From Phoronis australis (taxonomy: Eukaryota; Animalia; Phoronida): a stretch of DNA of 64,000 nt. The notes under the pieces were generated by a model. The model was not told the origin of the DNA and made no database searches. It saw only the letters and a program-made list of their open reading frames with translations. The stretch spans positions 157,263-221,262 of the forward strand of contig NMRA01000585.1 in the NCBI GenBank assembly GCA_002633005.1, in the 5' to 3' direction. Below are positions 13,620 to 26,300 of the stretch, in pieces (within the stretch, counting starts at the first letter, position 1; every line of letters begins with the position of its first letter). A program made the position numbers and the translations under genes.

Positions 13620-16600
13620 TTAACATGTCTGCTGCAGGACGTTTGCGATCAACTCGTGACTGGAACCAGCCTTGGGTAACAAATTTGATGGATTGTATCC
13701 TTAATTTTAGTTAATGAATAACCAAAACTATTAGAGTTGTGATATCGACTACTGAGTTATGTAAATTTCATTCGAATGTCGTGTCTGGGCACAGATGCAA
13801 AGGGTTCCATAGGTGGTAACAATAACCTGATTATCATCTGGGCTAATCAAGAAATGGATGCAGGAAGGGGCATGTTTGATATTTTATGTCATGACGTTAC
13901 CAGAAGTGCGTCACAGACCCTCATGGCGAAGGGCTGACATACTGGCCTACGTCCGTTGAAAGACTGTTATGGGCTTAATATTTTATCAATGATTATGAGT
14001 TGGACGCAAGCCTCGTTGCAAACAAACACGTGATAGAGATGATTGTACATACTCAGTGCGAGTACTTCTGTTTTCCGCCAACACTTTTAATTAATGTTTA
14101 TAAACAGCAATTTTTTAAGTAAACAAAAACAGGCACAGCACATTTTTCATTTTTGAGGCATGGGGTGTGGACGATACGTGTTCTTATATTGCTGTAATTT
14201 AGGAATCTGTCGGAGCCCATCCTGTACAAAATCCGCTTTGAAGCGAGAGACCACTATCAACCAGGCTCGTAACATGATACAACCCTATGAACGTGATATC
14301 TCAAGTTCCTGTTTTGTGACGTATAATTGAACCTAATTTCTAATTCAATTGAAAAAGCCAGCTGCAAGCAGTAACTACTAACCCCATCTAGTGCTTGGTC
14401 ATGAAACGTGTTTCCTATTCATCTGGCGGCATCCCCCGCTTAAAATGAGTATCTGTCCCAACAAAATCCAACCTAAAGAGTGGAGTTCAGTCTTCACCAA
14501 GAATTATTCGTTAGTTTTTCGCAACACCTGAATCCACTTTGTTCAATATGCTAGTCAAGACAACTTATCTGGGTTTAGTGGGTCACATTCACAAGTTAGG
14601 CTGTTGCTCTGGGGCTTTGAAATTTGAAGCTCAAAGAGCTCAAGAATTGTGTTTTTCTTGGTATTAGTAAGGCCACCAGTAACTGCGAAGCTTGTTCAAG
14701 GTTGATATTCCTACCTTAGTTAGCACTGAGTTGTCAAGGCGTTGGCAATAAACATTCACCTCCTCTTCAATACAGTATAATAGAGTTAGAGAGATGTGCA
14801 ACAAATTTTACCACTCCCAGTAGACATATGTGTTATTACGATGCCCACACACTTTTAGGTACAATCGGCTGCCCACTCGCATGTGAAACTCTCGAGTAGT
14901 CTCGTAATTAGACACGCCTACGGTACTTCTTCTGCTTGCTCATAGCTTAACTTTGCTTATAGTTTGGTAGTTATTTCATTTTTAAATGCAAAATTCTTTG
15001 TATTACAATTCTCTATTGGTAGAGTGAAAAGCCTGGTTTTATAACTAAACACATCTGGCTGCCTTGAATGTCCCCCTTTTCAGGCAAGCTTCTGCCTTAT
15101 TAATCATGGAGATCGCTAAGACGTGTCATAGGATCATTTGTATTTAGTATGCCTGCCAAAAATAAACTTCAAAAACCTATATTTTGTCTTTTGTTTGCAA
15201 CAATAACAGATGTGATTTTATCTGGGTTATTGCTATTTTTGTTGTCAATCCTCAACTACGCCTTTGCTGCCGACTGGTTCTTTATCTTTCATTTCCTATA
15301 AACAATCAATAATGTCAGACGTGACTCATAAAACACGTGGGAGGACCTATGCTGTGCTGTTGCAGTGCTACCCTGCCTGGCGTAATGTAATGACGCGCAT
15401 GAACATTAATTGATGTTCAAAGAAATTGACCGGAGCGACTTGGCCAGATTATACAGCTGTCCTGTTGTGTTACATCTGAATGTAGTCTAACTGAAATAAC
15501 ATTTTAAGATCTGAGTAAATAATTGCTTTATTTCAAATAAATGATCTTTTTAAGATCTGAGTCGGATGGTAGTGCAGGTCATCACCCAAGAACTGACAGT
15601 CTTTCATTTCAGTTCCACACCTCATTTACCGGCCAACACTAGCGTATATTATCTTAAAGTCAGATTATCTCCACATGTAACCACATGCTGTATTTCTAAA
15701 TGAAACAAACGTGACATTATCTTGTCATATACGACATCAAAAGCAATGCCATGCATCCATTTCTGCTTTTGATATCTGGGCTTCATTTCTTCTGCTTGCT
15801 TTACTTGCAAATTATTTTTTGTTGAGCTATTTTTGCATGGATTTGAAAAATGTTGCCGATTTTCATGACTCAATTTGAGGGCGAGACTAATACAGACCTC
15901 TTATTTGTGGTTTTCATGATGTAACAAAAGGTATAGGACAATCATATACCAGAAGAATATTTTTTGCATAAGTTCCGAGGGACATTGGCATTGCTGCACA
16001 TCATTGAATTCTGAGGGTTTATGTGCGTGTCACTTGTACAATGGCAGCAGTGTTCAGGAGCCTTATGCTGTGTTCTGAGGTTGACTGAGGCAGGTAGTCT
16101 AGCTTATCTTGAAAATGTAGGTATATCTTGTGTTTAAATATGTTCTGTTTTACCCATTAGATCTGCTGCGTAATGATTTAATTCATCTTTCTACTTTGTG
16201 TATGTTCTACCTCAGTCCTACCCTATGTTAAGTTGGTATTCCTGACACCCCTGTTGTCTGCTGAAAAGAAATTATGTTGGGATGAATAATATATGATGTT
16301 ACTCAGGAGGTAATAAACCATTGAACAGGATCACTAACAATGGTCTTGATAATGACTAATGTTTCTGAATGAAAACTATATTGAGGACAGAGCCATTAAG
16401 TTTTCCTTGTGTTCAATGGTTCTGTAATGTCTAGGGAATAATAAAAACATCTCACCTTGCTAGGGTTGATTGAAAGCTTCTCAACTGCAGGTCTCAAATT
16501 TATTGAAATTATCTTGGTGTCGAGTATAGTTTCTGAACATTACGCATAAAAAATATGTTGATAAGGTAGACTTCATTAAACACCATATTTGATTGAATTT

Positions 16601-17155
16601 AATTAAAGAAAAACAAAACTTGCTGTTGTCATCTACCACAAACATATGCAACAGAGGGCTGCTGCACTGAAAAGTCGTAACTTAATGATATTTTTCCTGA
16701 AGATCAAGCCAGCATTTCATTATGGACTACATGTGTTTGCTGGGATATCAACTTTTTGGACATGATTTAAACCTTAGGTATAAAGTCATACCTAGTAAAT
16801 GTAGCAAGTCTAATTAAAAAGTTTGGAGACCCATGACTATCTCAGCCCTCAGGAGTCTTGCGCATTGCAACTGTGATCAGGCATTGTAGACTCTTATTGC
16901 CACCTAGTGGTGAATGAGAGTACCTCCAATTCCCAGTGTGGTCACAACAGGAGACACTGTCAAGTTTAAGAAAGCATCAATCTGCTGTGAAATAGAGAAT
17001 CTAGGTGGCATTTTGCACTTAGGCAAACTGTTCTGGTTTTGGCTTGATGGCAGTAATAGTCCCGGGTCCCACACAATTTCTTTTCAGTTGGCATTGCTTC
17101 GAGAAAGTTTGCTTTTACATGGTGGCTTATTGTGTTTTTCCTTTGCTCATTGCAG

Positions 17156-17374
17156 GTCTACTGGCATACACCAATGAGCCGAACATATCCATTCCTAACA
17201 TGGCTGACCAGCTGATTCAGAGGACCCAAGACACGAGTTGGGTGGTTGTGTTCAAGTCACTCATCGCTGTACACAACTTGATGAACTACGGCAATGAACG
17301 GTTCATACAGTACCTGGCCTCTAACAACTGTAGCTTCAGCCTGGCAAACTTTCTGGACAAACAAAACGTGCAGG
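17156..17374 (+). CDS. PICALM: PICALM exon, ANTH domain (LLAYTNEPN...FLDKQNVQ)
   Basis: tgcag| acceptor, |gtacgt donor, 219 nt, strong ANTH similarity. Confidence 0.96.
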
Positions 17375-20300
17375 GTACGTCAATGACAACTGATGTGCCT
17401 TTTCCCAAAAAAGTTTGGTACTAAAACTGATGAGTCAAGTTGGTGATAATTGTGAAATGTAAATTGCAGTAATCTTCTCTGTATTTTAGATTGAAGAAAA
17501 GTGTTTGTTGAAAACCGCTGAAAAGTCACAGTGTCTGTGCTCGAAATTGAGAATTGCTCTGAATTTGTATTATGTGTTCTGAGGTACCTTTGCTGTCATC
17601 ATTACTCAATAACTATGTGCTTCTAGACTAGAAGTTCTAGTGCACCAGTGTGCATGTAAATGCCATTAGTCTGGATGTGTCAGAGGAATTAAGAGTTAAT
17701 CAACCACTGTGTGTGTGAGTGTGCTTTGAGGAGCTTCTTATGCATCCCCATATTGATGTGTCGGTGCATTATACCATCATCACTGTCTCTCCAGTTGTCG
17801 GTTCGTTCGAGCATCATTTCATCCGAGCATCAGTTTGTCCGATGTCTAGCCTCTGCTGCTTAGCTACAAAACTCCTAGATGGATGTTTGTGAAATTTTGC
17901 AGATGATTTGTTCCTATCATGGATGGGACGGGGTAAATTTTTTGGATGGAACTGACGACTGCTGTTTTCTCCTTTATCTCCGGAGTTCTTTGACAGATTT
18001 TCATGAAATGTGAGAAATATATTTTTACTAAGGAAATGGTGACATCATCCCATTTTGAGATGAATTTGATGTATTGTATGCCTTTTGTATTATTTGCTAG
18101 TCTGTTTTTTGCATCCACCTATTTATTGGCAAGCAAGGACGCTAGGGAACATTATGAAAATTGACACGTGCTTTGAAGAGCATGGCTGATGATGGTTTTA
18201 GACGTGTCCGTCTGCTCTGACGCCTCCTAGTAGCAATTTTGTTTTGTTGCCCGTTATCCAATATTTACCAAGTTCCTTGGTTAATCTTTATGGAATTTCA
18301 AGTGTGTTTTTGTTGAGGAGAGTTCAACTGAGACAGAATTTGGGGTGAATCCGACTACTGTGGAGTCCCCTACTGGAAATTTTGGTTTTCTTTGTCTTTG
18401 CCGTGATATTTGCAAAGTTCCTCAATGGATGTGTATTAACTATCTCCCAGACAATAGTACCAGCCCAGTTTCAGATGGATTTGATCAATGTGGTTGTATT
18501 AATATTTTTGTGCCTGTTCTTAATCGTCAATCTCCGTATCCTCCAAACTGCCCCCCCCTCCACACAAACCTATTTTTAATTTACTAGTACTGTGCCGTTT
18601 AGTGGAAGTGTTTAAAATAATGATCTCTTAAATATACATACACTGTATGCGATGCACGTGGTAGGGTTCTTGTTAAAGTCTTTTAATGCATCGCTTATTT
18701 CAACTGTTGTGTGATAAAACAAAGTTTGTGATATAAATATCAATCGCCCTGAGTCATAGGTTTCAGGATGACCTATTTGACATTTCCTACAACTTTAACA
18801 GAATTAATCCAAATAATTATAATTTTTAGTTTCACTCAAATGTAATGGCTAGATGATAAAGATCTAGAGAGTTTTGTTATTCCAGTTATTAGTCTCACGT
18901 GTCAAGCTCAAAGTCAGTAGATCAACTAATGCTGTACTGTTTACAGTGGGGTGTCTCTGACACCAGATGACTGTACTGACATAATATGCACTAAATTTAC
19001 CATGTTGATCAATGTAATTCCGGTATTGTCTGACTAGCTTTTGTGTCTGATTGTGGTTCCAGTCGGTACCTGTTTTTAAATTTTCAATTTCTATAATCTG
19101 TAATTTTATTCATAAGTTGTTTGTTGTTAATTCAATTACTTTTCACCTGCTTGCTCATTTACAATTAGAACTTGGAAAGACGGGTCTTTTAAAACATGAA
19201 CTACCTCTTTTGCTCGTTCTTTTGAGGTTAAAAACAATGAAAGCAAATTCAATTCTATTTTCAGGTTATGACATGTCCACATTTATTAGGCGATATTCTA
19301 AGTATGTGAATGAAAAAGCAGTGTCATACCGCCTGATGGCGTTTGACTTTTGTAAAGTAAAAAGAGGGTAAGTAGAATATCTTGAAACTTACGATCTTAA
19401 TTTGATGACCTGGCCAGTCAAAACTATATTAGGCTGTTTTAATGTTTACTGCACATGATAAATGTGAGTGACATTATTTTCTTAGATATTTGTTTCTGCT
19501 AACGAGGTTGTTCAACCAAATTTCTTTACAATCGATTCTACCTAACACTGGCACTGGGGTGTACTTTAACCCTTGTGGGAATTCAAAGGCATGATGTCAT
19601 CTAAACTTTTGGTCATCATGTGTTCTTGTCTGTATGTCTGTCTGTCGGTCTGTATCCGCCTGTCTGTCTGTATCCGCCTGTCTGTCTGTCCGTATGGCTG
19701 ATTGGCTGTACTTAGTCTACCCAACAGAAGGAGAATAATGCAGAATAATATTTTCACTTGTGTATGATGAGCATTCATGCATTTGCATCTTAAATGTTTC
19801 TTTATATTTTGAATTTAAATGTTTTATGCGTGTATCTTTTTTTGTTTGCCATTGAACAATTCCTGCAACGCCAACATTAGTGTTTTAAAAAAGGACTGAA
19901 GAGGCACTTTGAGCAACTGGAAATTTAAGTTTCGCATGGTTATTCCCCAAGATTATCTGTCTTAACACTGCACTGTCTAATCTTTCCTTAGCAAAGACGA
20001 CGGTGTCCTGCGCTTGATGGCAACAGACAAACTGTTGAAGGCACTTCCTGTTCTACAGACCCAGCTGGATGCCTTGCTGGAGTTTGATGTGAGTTGTTGG
20101 TTAAAACCACGTTTCCTTCCGTTTCGCTTTAAAAAAACTAGGCCCGTTACCCCTACAAAATTGATCTAGGGCTTTCCGAATGGCACAAAAATAAGGCAGC
20201 ATTTAGAAGTCAAAAAAGTTTCATTTGCACATTTGTTTTTCAATGGCTGTTATATGTCGAAACCAATGCCACCATGGCATTTAAATCTCTTTCATTGGGC

Positions 20301-23300
20301 TTAGTGCACTTCCTGTCCCGGGGTCTAATCTTTTTACTAAAAGTTGAACTTGAATTTATTTTTAGTATTTTATGCTCTACCTTAGTATGAAATCGAGATA
20401 AGAGTCTATTATGCTATGATGGAGTGTATAATTGTTTAGGTGGATGACTCTAATCCTAGTTTGTACTTGATGACCCCAGCATTATTACTACAAGTTCGAA
20501 TCTAAACTTGAAATCGTAAATTTTTACTTTACTGGTGTTCTTGATTTAATTGGTTGTTCAATTGATGCTGATTGTTTGAACTCATTGTACAACTGGTGCT
20601 GATTGCTTCAACTCATTGTACAACTGGTGTTGTTTCAACACATTGTACAACTGGCACTGATTGTTTCAACTCATCGTACAACTGGCGTTGATTGTTTCAA
20701 CTCATTGTACAACTGGTGTTAATAAATAGTTACAGTATGTCAATCAAGGTATTAATTCCAGCCAATCCAGGTTCAGGAAAAATGAAAAGAGAATGCTGAC
20801 CTTAAGTTGCAATGCACAAAAATCCCAACCCGGTTCTTGGGTGTTTGAAGAGATGTGACATCCGAATAAAGCTCAGTTGATGTAAATGATTCAGTAATCT
20901 ATGAATAAGATCAAAATCTTGGAATAGTGGATATACCCCTTATTCCTTCCTAGAACTCCAGACCTGTGCGAATGAGTCATTCACGGATTAGTCTCTCAAA
21001 AGAACACGTTTCCCTCGCAGATTTTGTGAGCCATAAACATGGTTCTGTGGGTTCTTTATGATTGTGCGACTCCACGCTGATACCAATTACAATGAAACAT
21101 AGCTGGGAACACATAAAAAAACCCGTTTGTGTTGTTTGTATGCAGGGAACTTCTCCCATATTTAGTTTGTGCTTGTAGGATTTGGCAGCTATAACTATGG
21201 TGAGCGTGGCCTAGCTGTATTTGTCAGAACTCTCAGTTTTACCAACGTTACAATTGCTTGTAGTGTTTGTACTAATTGTACAACTGTTAAGTACTTAGTT
21301 TTCCATTTCAGTGTACACCAAATGAGTTGACCAACGGTGTTATCAACGCCTGCTTTATGTTACTGTTCAAAGACCTCATCAGACTGTTTGCTTGCTATAA
21401 TGATGGTATTATTAATCTACTAGGTAAGGAGACTCCTTTGGGGTGCTTGTTTAACGTTACATACCGTATTCGCCGTAATAACCGCTCATGCCCCTATAAG
21501 CGCCCCCCCACGCGTTTTCAGACTTTGCTGAAATAAGCACCCAGTCCATGAACGTGTATATGTGAACAATGACGTACCTACAGTCCTAAAACTCGGCTAC
21601 AGTAACGTCTTCAATTTATAAAAAAAAAATTTGCACGGGTCTTCTAGACCACCAGCGGCACTGCTAGTTTGTATTTAGCCGTGACTTTACACTTCAAAGT
21701 AACGCAGCGCTTCAAAAAGAACGCAACAGCGTTGCTACTCGCGCGACGAACGTGTCCCACTATGGTCTGACCTTTCAGTAGACACATCGACTGTCTCATG
21801 AATAAAAATAACTCGGTATTAAACGCACGTGGCCAGGAAGCGCGCTACATACATTAACCTGTCGTCAAAGACATTAGTCGGGAACTATCCATTCATGAAA
21901 CGGGTAGCATAGCATCGATAAGAAATGAATATTGGCACTAATTTCCGACAATTTCTAATACTATAAAACATGTTTGTGTTATTTTTTAGATGGATTGTTT
22001 GATAATTGGTGTTTTTAAGCCGAATATCCGATAAAATGACAACTGACAGTGATTGCTTACACACCCTTACACCGAAAAATAACCGTCAGATAGTTACATA
22101 TGCATCCAGCTACACGGCGACTAATATGGGCCTTACCGAGACAAATGTCGAAAGTTTTTAGCACGAGACCGGCAAGTGCTGAATGAAACACGCTCTGGTT
22201 TAGGCCTACTGCTTGTGCAAATTTCTTTAGACACATCTAGCTAGTTAGATTGCGTGGCTCTGGCCAAAAGACGGTCTCTGCTTCGGCAAATGAACTCTGG
22301 TGACACACACGCGCTCGTTTACTCGCAGACGAACTTCAAAACAAACGTCACGTGACAACAACATGATGTGTGTTCGTTCAGACATTTTTCTCGCCGTGTT
22401 GCCGATCATACATGTAGATGGCACGATGTTGCACAGATTTGTACTTGAACCTGCAGTTAATCCAGACTCCACGGGAACTTAAAAATCTTAAGAGATGCTA
22501 CTTATAAAACTTAATGAGGATTTCAGGTAATTTGCTTGAGTCGAAACCATTTTTATTCAAGCATTGAAGTCACCATATCGAAGACGGCGATTTCGAGGCA
22601 GTCAGTCGGCGAGTTTTCGCCCTGGGATTTCAGCACAATTTTCTGTAAAATGATCGTAATTTAGCAGCAAAGTTTGATAGCAATGCACCACAGTTTTGTT
22701 GAAAGTCTTTCAAAGATTACATATACGTCACAGAGCGTAAATTTTATGAATCTTAGCTTCCGATTTCACCCGTTTTGGAGACCGGATTTCAACCGCCTTG
22801 GGTTATAATAAGCGCCCCCCCCCCCCTGAACCGAACTTTTCTAAGCGCCCTTTGTGCTTATTACAGCGAATGCGGTATATTATTTTGTGCAGCGTTCAGA
22901 TTCGATTGCAATTGTGCAACAATGACACAGATGGGCACAGACATTGACAGTAGTTGGTGCACCCCCGCAAACAAAACTCTTGAAGCTCTTCCCAATGTCC
23001 ACAAGTTAGCAACAAGAAATTAAAAAAGCGACATTTTAACTCCATTTACCCTATTCGGATAGATAAATTATTCTGAAGTTGTTACTGTTTGTAAACACCA
23101 AAGTTGTCACGTTTTGAAATCGCGACATTACTTTTTTGCAGCTGTTTTAGATCACGCGTTTTCTAGTCCAATGGGTACTTTGGGAGCTTGATGTTGTGCG
23201 TCATGTTTGAACTCTGTTGGTTATACTTTGTTGTGACACTTTTTCAAAAACCTGTGCTTGTATAGTGTTTGACTTGCAAAAGCAGTTTGCTTTTAGGATG

Positions 23301-26300
23301 TTTATCTTGTTTCAGTTGGGTCTGTGGTTTTGGTTTCAGAAAAATATTTTGAAATGAACAAGAAACAGTGTAAAGAAGGTCTGGATTTATACAAGAAGTT
23401 TTTAGTCAGAATGGACAAGGTGTCTGAATTCCTCAAGACAGCCGAGGTAACTGACATAGACATACGGTCTGGTCACACCTGTATTTCACATGTTACTTAG
23501 AGGTATAGGTCGATTATGTTCACCAAAGTGTTGTGATTATCTGTGAACATTCTCCTGTCACTCCCAAAGCATACCGGTTCACCACGGTAACCATTTCCTG
23601 CAGCCAGGGTTTATGCTTCGGTTTCAGTTTTTGACGGGACAGTTTTTCTGTTTGGTCTGCTTGTCAAATTTAGTGGTCAGGAATGTGTTAAATCACTATA
23701 TCTTGTTTTACGGTGTCTTGTTGTCAATTACACTACAGCTGATTTTTGTTATCCATCGTGTGCTTAGACTGCATATTTGGAGCCGCGTTGATGTCAATAG
23801 TTTATGTAATTAAGGATTTGAAATTGTCCTCTGCAATTTCTTCTTTTAACAACGAGGTAAACTGTTGGTGCATGTAAAGTCAACAATTTGCAAAGTACGA
23901 AAAGGGTCTCGGTGACCTGCGTTTTCAAGCTTTGTCTGTTAGTTGTTGCTCGTCATTACTAATTTCTCAGTTCCGTTTCTTCAAACTCTAGCGGAAACAC
24001 ACGGTAAGTACAAGACAGCTATGGAATGTTAGCTATTCTAGCGTGCATTCTCAAATTTTGTGTTGTTCAACTTGTTCTGATCACTGCGAGCAAAATGTTC
24101 TTGACTCAGCTCGTTCAAAATGTTCTTGGCTCAGTTCATTCAAAATGTTCTTGGCTCAGTTCGTTCAAAATGTTCTTGGCTCACTTTGTTCAAATAACTT
24201 TCCTTTTTATAATGAAGGTCAAAGCTTAGGACAATTTCGAAGTTGCAAAGTATACCACAGCCTTCACGCCACGTTTTCGGGATGCATTGATTTTGTTGAG
24301 CATCGTTTTGTTATTCAGTGCCAAATTTATTACCAAGAGGGCATTTGAGTACTAAAGCTGTGAACATTTTGCATTTGTTTTGTATCCATGCCTTCCGGGA
24401 TCGGGCTTGGGGGGGGTTCAAAGGCGTCAACGTCAAATGCTGTGATCTATATCATATGACACTGCATTGAATTGTTGCCAAGCCATGCGGCTTACATCTA
24501 CACAACTGTTTAGGAGTGTTATAAATTTTTGTCTTCAGTCACTCAAGGTGCTGAGTTTGTAGAAAGTAATTGTATTCGTTGACCACCAATAACTGTTGTG
24601 GTTTTTCTGCAGAATGTTGGCATTGACAAAGGGGAAATTCCAGATTTAGCTAAGGTCAGTATCTCTGTATTTGTGCCAAGTTTTACCGTTATGTTTCATC
24701 TGTGAGGGTTGGTGGTAGCTGTTCGCATTTTAGTGGATTGGTTGGTGTAGACAAACCGTGTGAGATAGATTATTCAGTTTAACAATGCGAAAGTGCTTTC
24801 ACCTCTTATGGGCTGACATTGTTTAATATTTTTTCTACGTGTACCGGCCCTACGAACATGCACTTTTAAGGGAAATTTTCTGGAATTAACGTTTGCAAAA
24901 CTTCCAGATGCACAACCTCTTTGCAGCATCTTCCACCTTTCTGTTTTGTGAATTGTACTTTGTGTTGTCGATCCCGCAGTTCTGAACTTGCCTATTTTAT
25001 CCTTGGCATCTCTTCCAAATCTCTGGCCAGCCATAAAAGGGGTCTCTCAATTAGCTCGGTTTAGAAATTGAAGTTTTTGTCAGGCAAATGCTACGTATCG
25101 TTTCCTGTACATTGCAAAAACGGGCACACAGTGTATATTCTTGTGTGCGTCTTTTAACACGTCCTGTAGGATAAGCAAACTGTGAGCCATATTTTCTGCT
25201 GTTTTAAATCTTTACTGTCTTTGTGGTTTCTAGGTGCATGTTTAAGGGGATATGCAAAGCTGGTGTGTTTTTTCTCTGTATCTTACATTTATTTTATTTC
25301 ATTTCATATTTTGTTGAGACCCCTTTTATTATTTGTTCGTAGGGCTTGAAGAATAACCAAAATGATGTGAGTTGATTTAATTTTTGTTTTTGGTTTTGTT
25401 TTAGTTTTCATTCTGTCCACTTGGTTTGACTTGTCTTAACTTGAAAATGGCTCAAAAGCCCAAACAAAAACTCGGCATGCTCCAAACTATAGTTCATGGT
25501 TTAACTGCTTTACTCACTTCCTTCTTAAATGAAACATTGCTGATAACTTGTCATAGCTGGTCTCGCAGTAAGTGTGTGGATTTCCATTCTCTATACATAA
25601 TGAAGGATCCTTAAGTTTCAGTTATAAGTGCTTTTGTAGCCTATCTTTGTGCTTTCCTGTACTCTAAAAGCATTTATTTTCCCCTGTCACACGTTAGCAA
25701 GAAGGGGGGACATAGTATTTACGACTTTTTGTATGTACATATGTTTGTACATCACACATTGCCGTTGGCACGGTATATCCAAGAAGGGAGCTTTTGAGTT
25801 TGTACGGATGTGTAGGGCATCTGCAGGCAACATTACGTTTTGGTTAGTTTGGTGATATTTTCAGGGTTACAGCATAAAAATTAATTTTTTGCTTAGAAAA
25901 TGTTGGCACGACATTTCACAAAGAAAGCTTTAGATATTGTTCATGGTGCAGGTAGAGTGTCTCCTGGCCCGAGTCGATTTTGGTGACCTTGACATTACTT
26001 TCAAGGTCACAGCAAGAAAGTTTTAACTTCCTTGACAATGAGTTCAAGGTCACAGTGAGAAAATCAAGTTTTTACTTGTAAAATGTTGTTTGCACGGTAT
26101 CTCAAGAATTAAGCTTTAGGTTTTATGCATATCTTTAACAAGGTTTTGGTGAGACATCTCCAAGGGTTAATCGAATTTGGTGACTTTGGCATTGTTTTCA
26201 TGGTTACAACATTTATTGATTGATCTTAATAGACATGAAAATGAATCTTGTCATTTTTGTGTTTATGGAGATAGCAACAGAAAAACTAAGGTGCATTCTG

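Noticed and set aside
1-17155. PICALM first coding exon (…KATT…PKKKHLD)
   Set aside because: No matching sequence found by eye; it is probably upstream, making intron 1 longer than 17 kb
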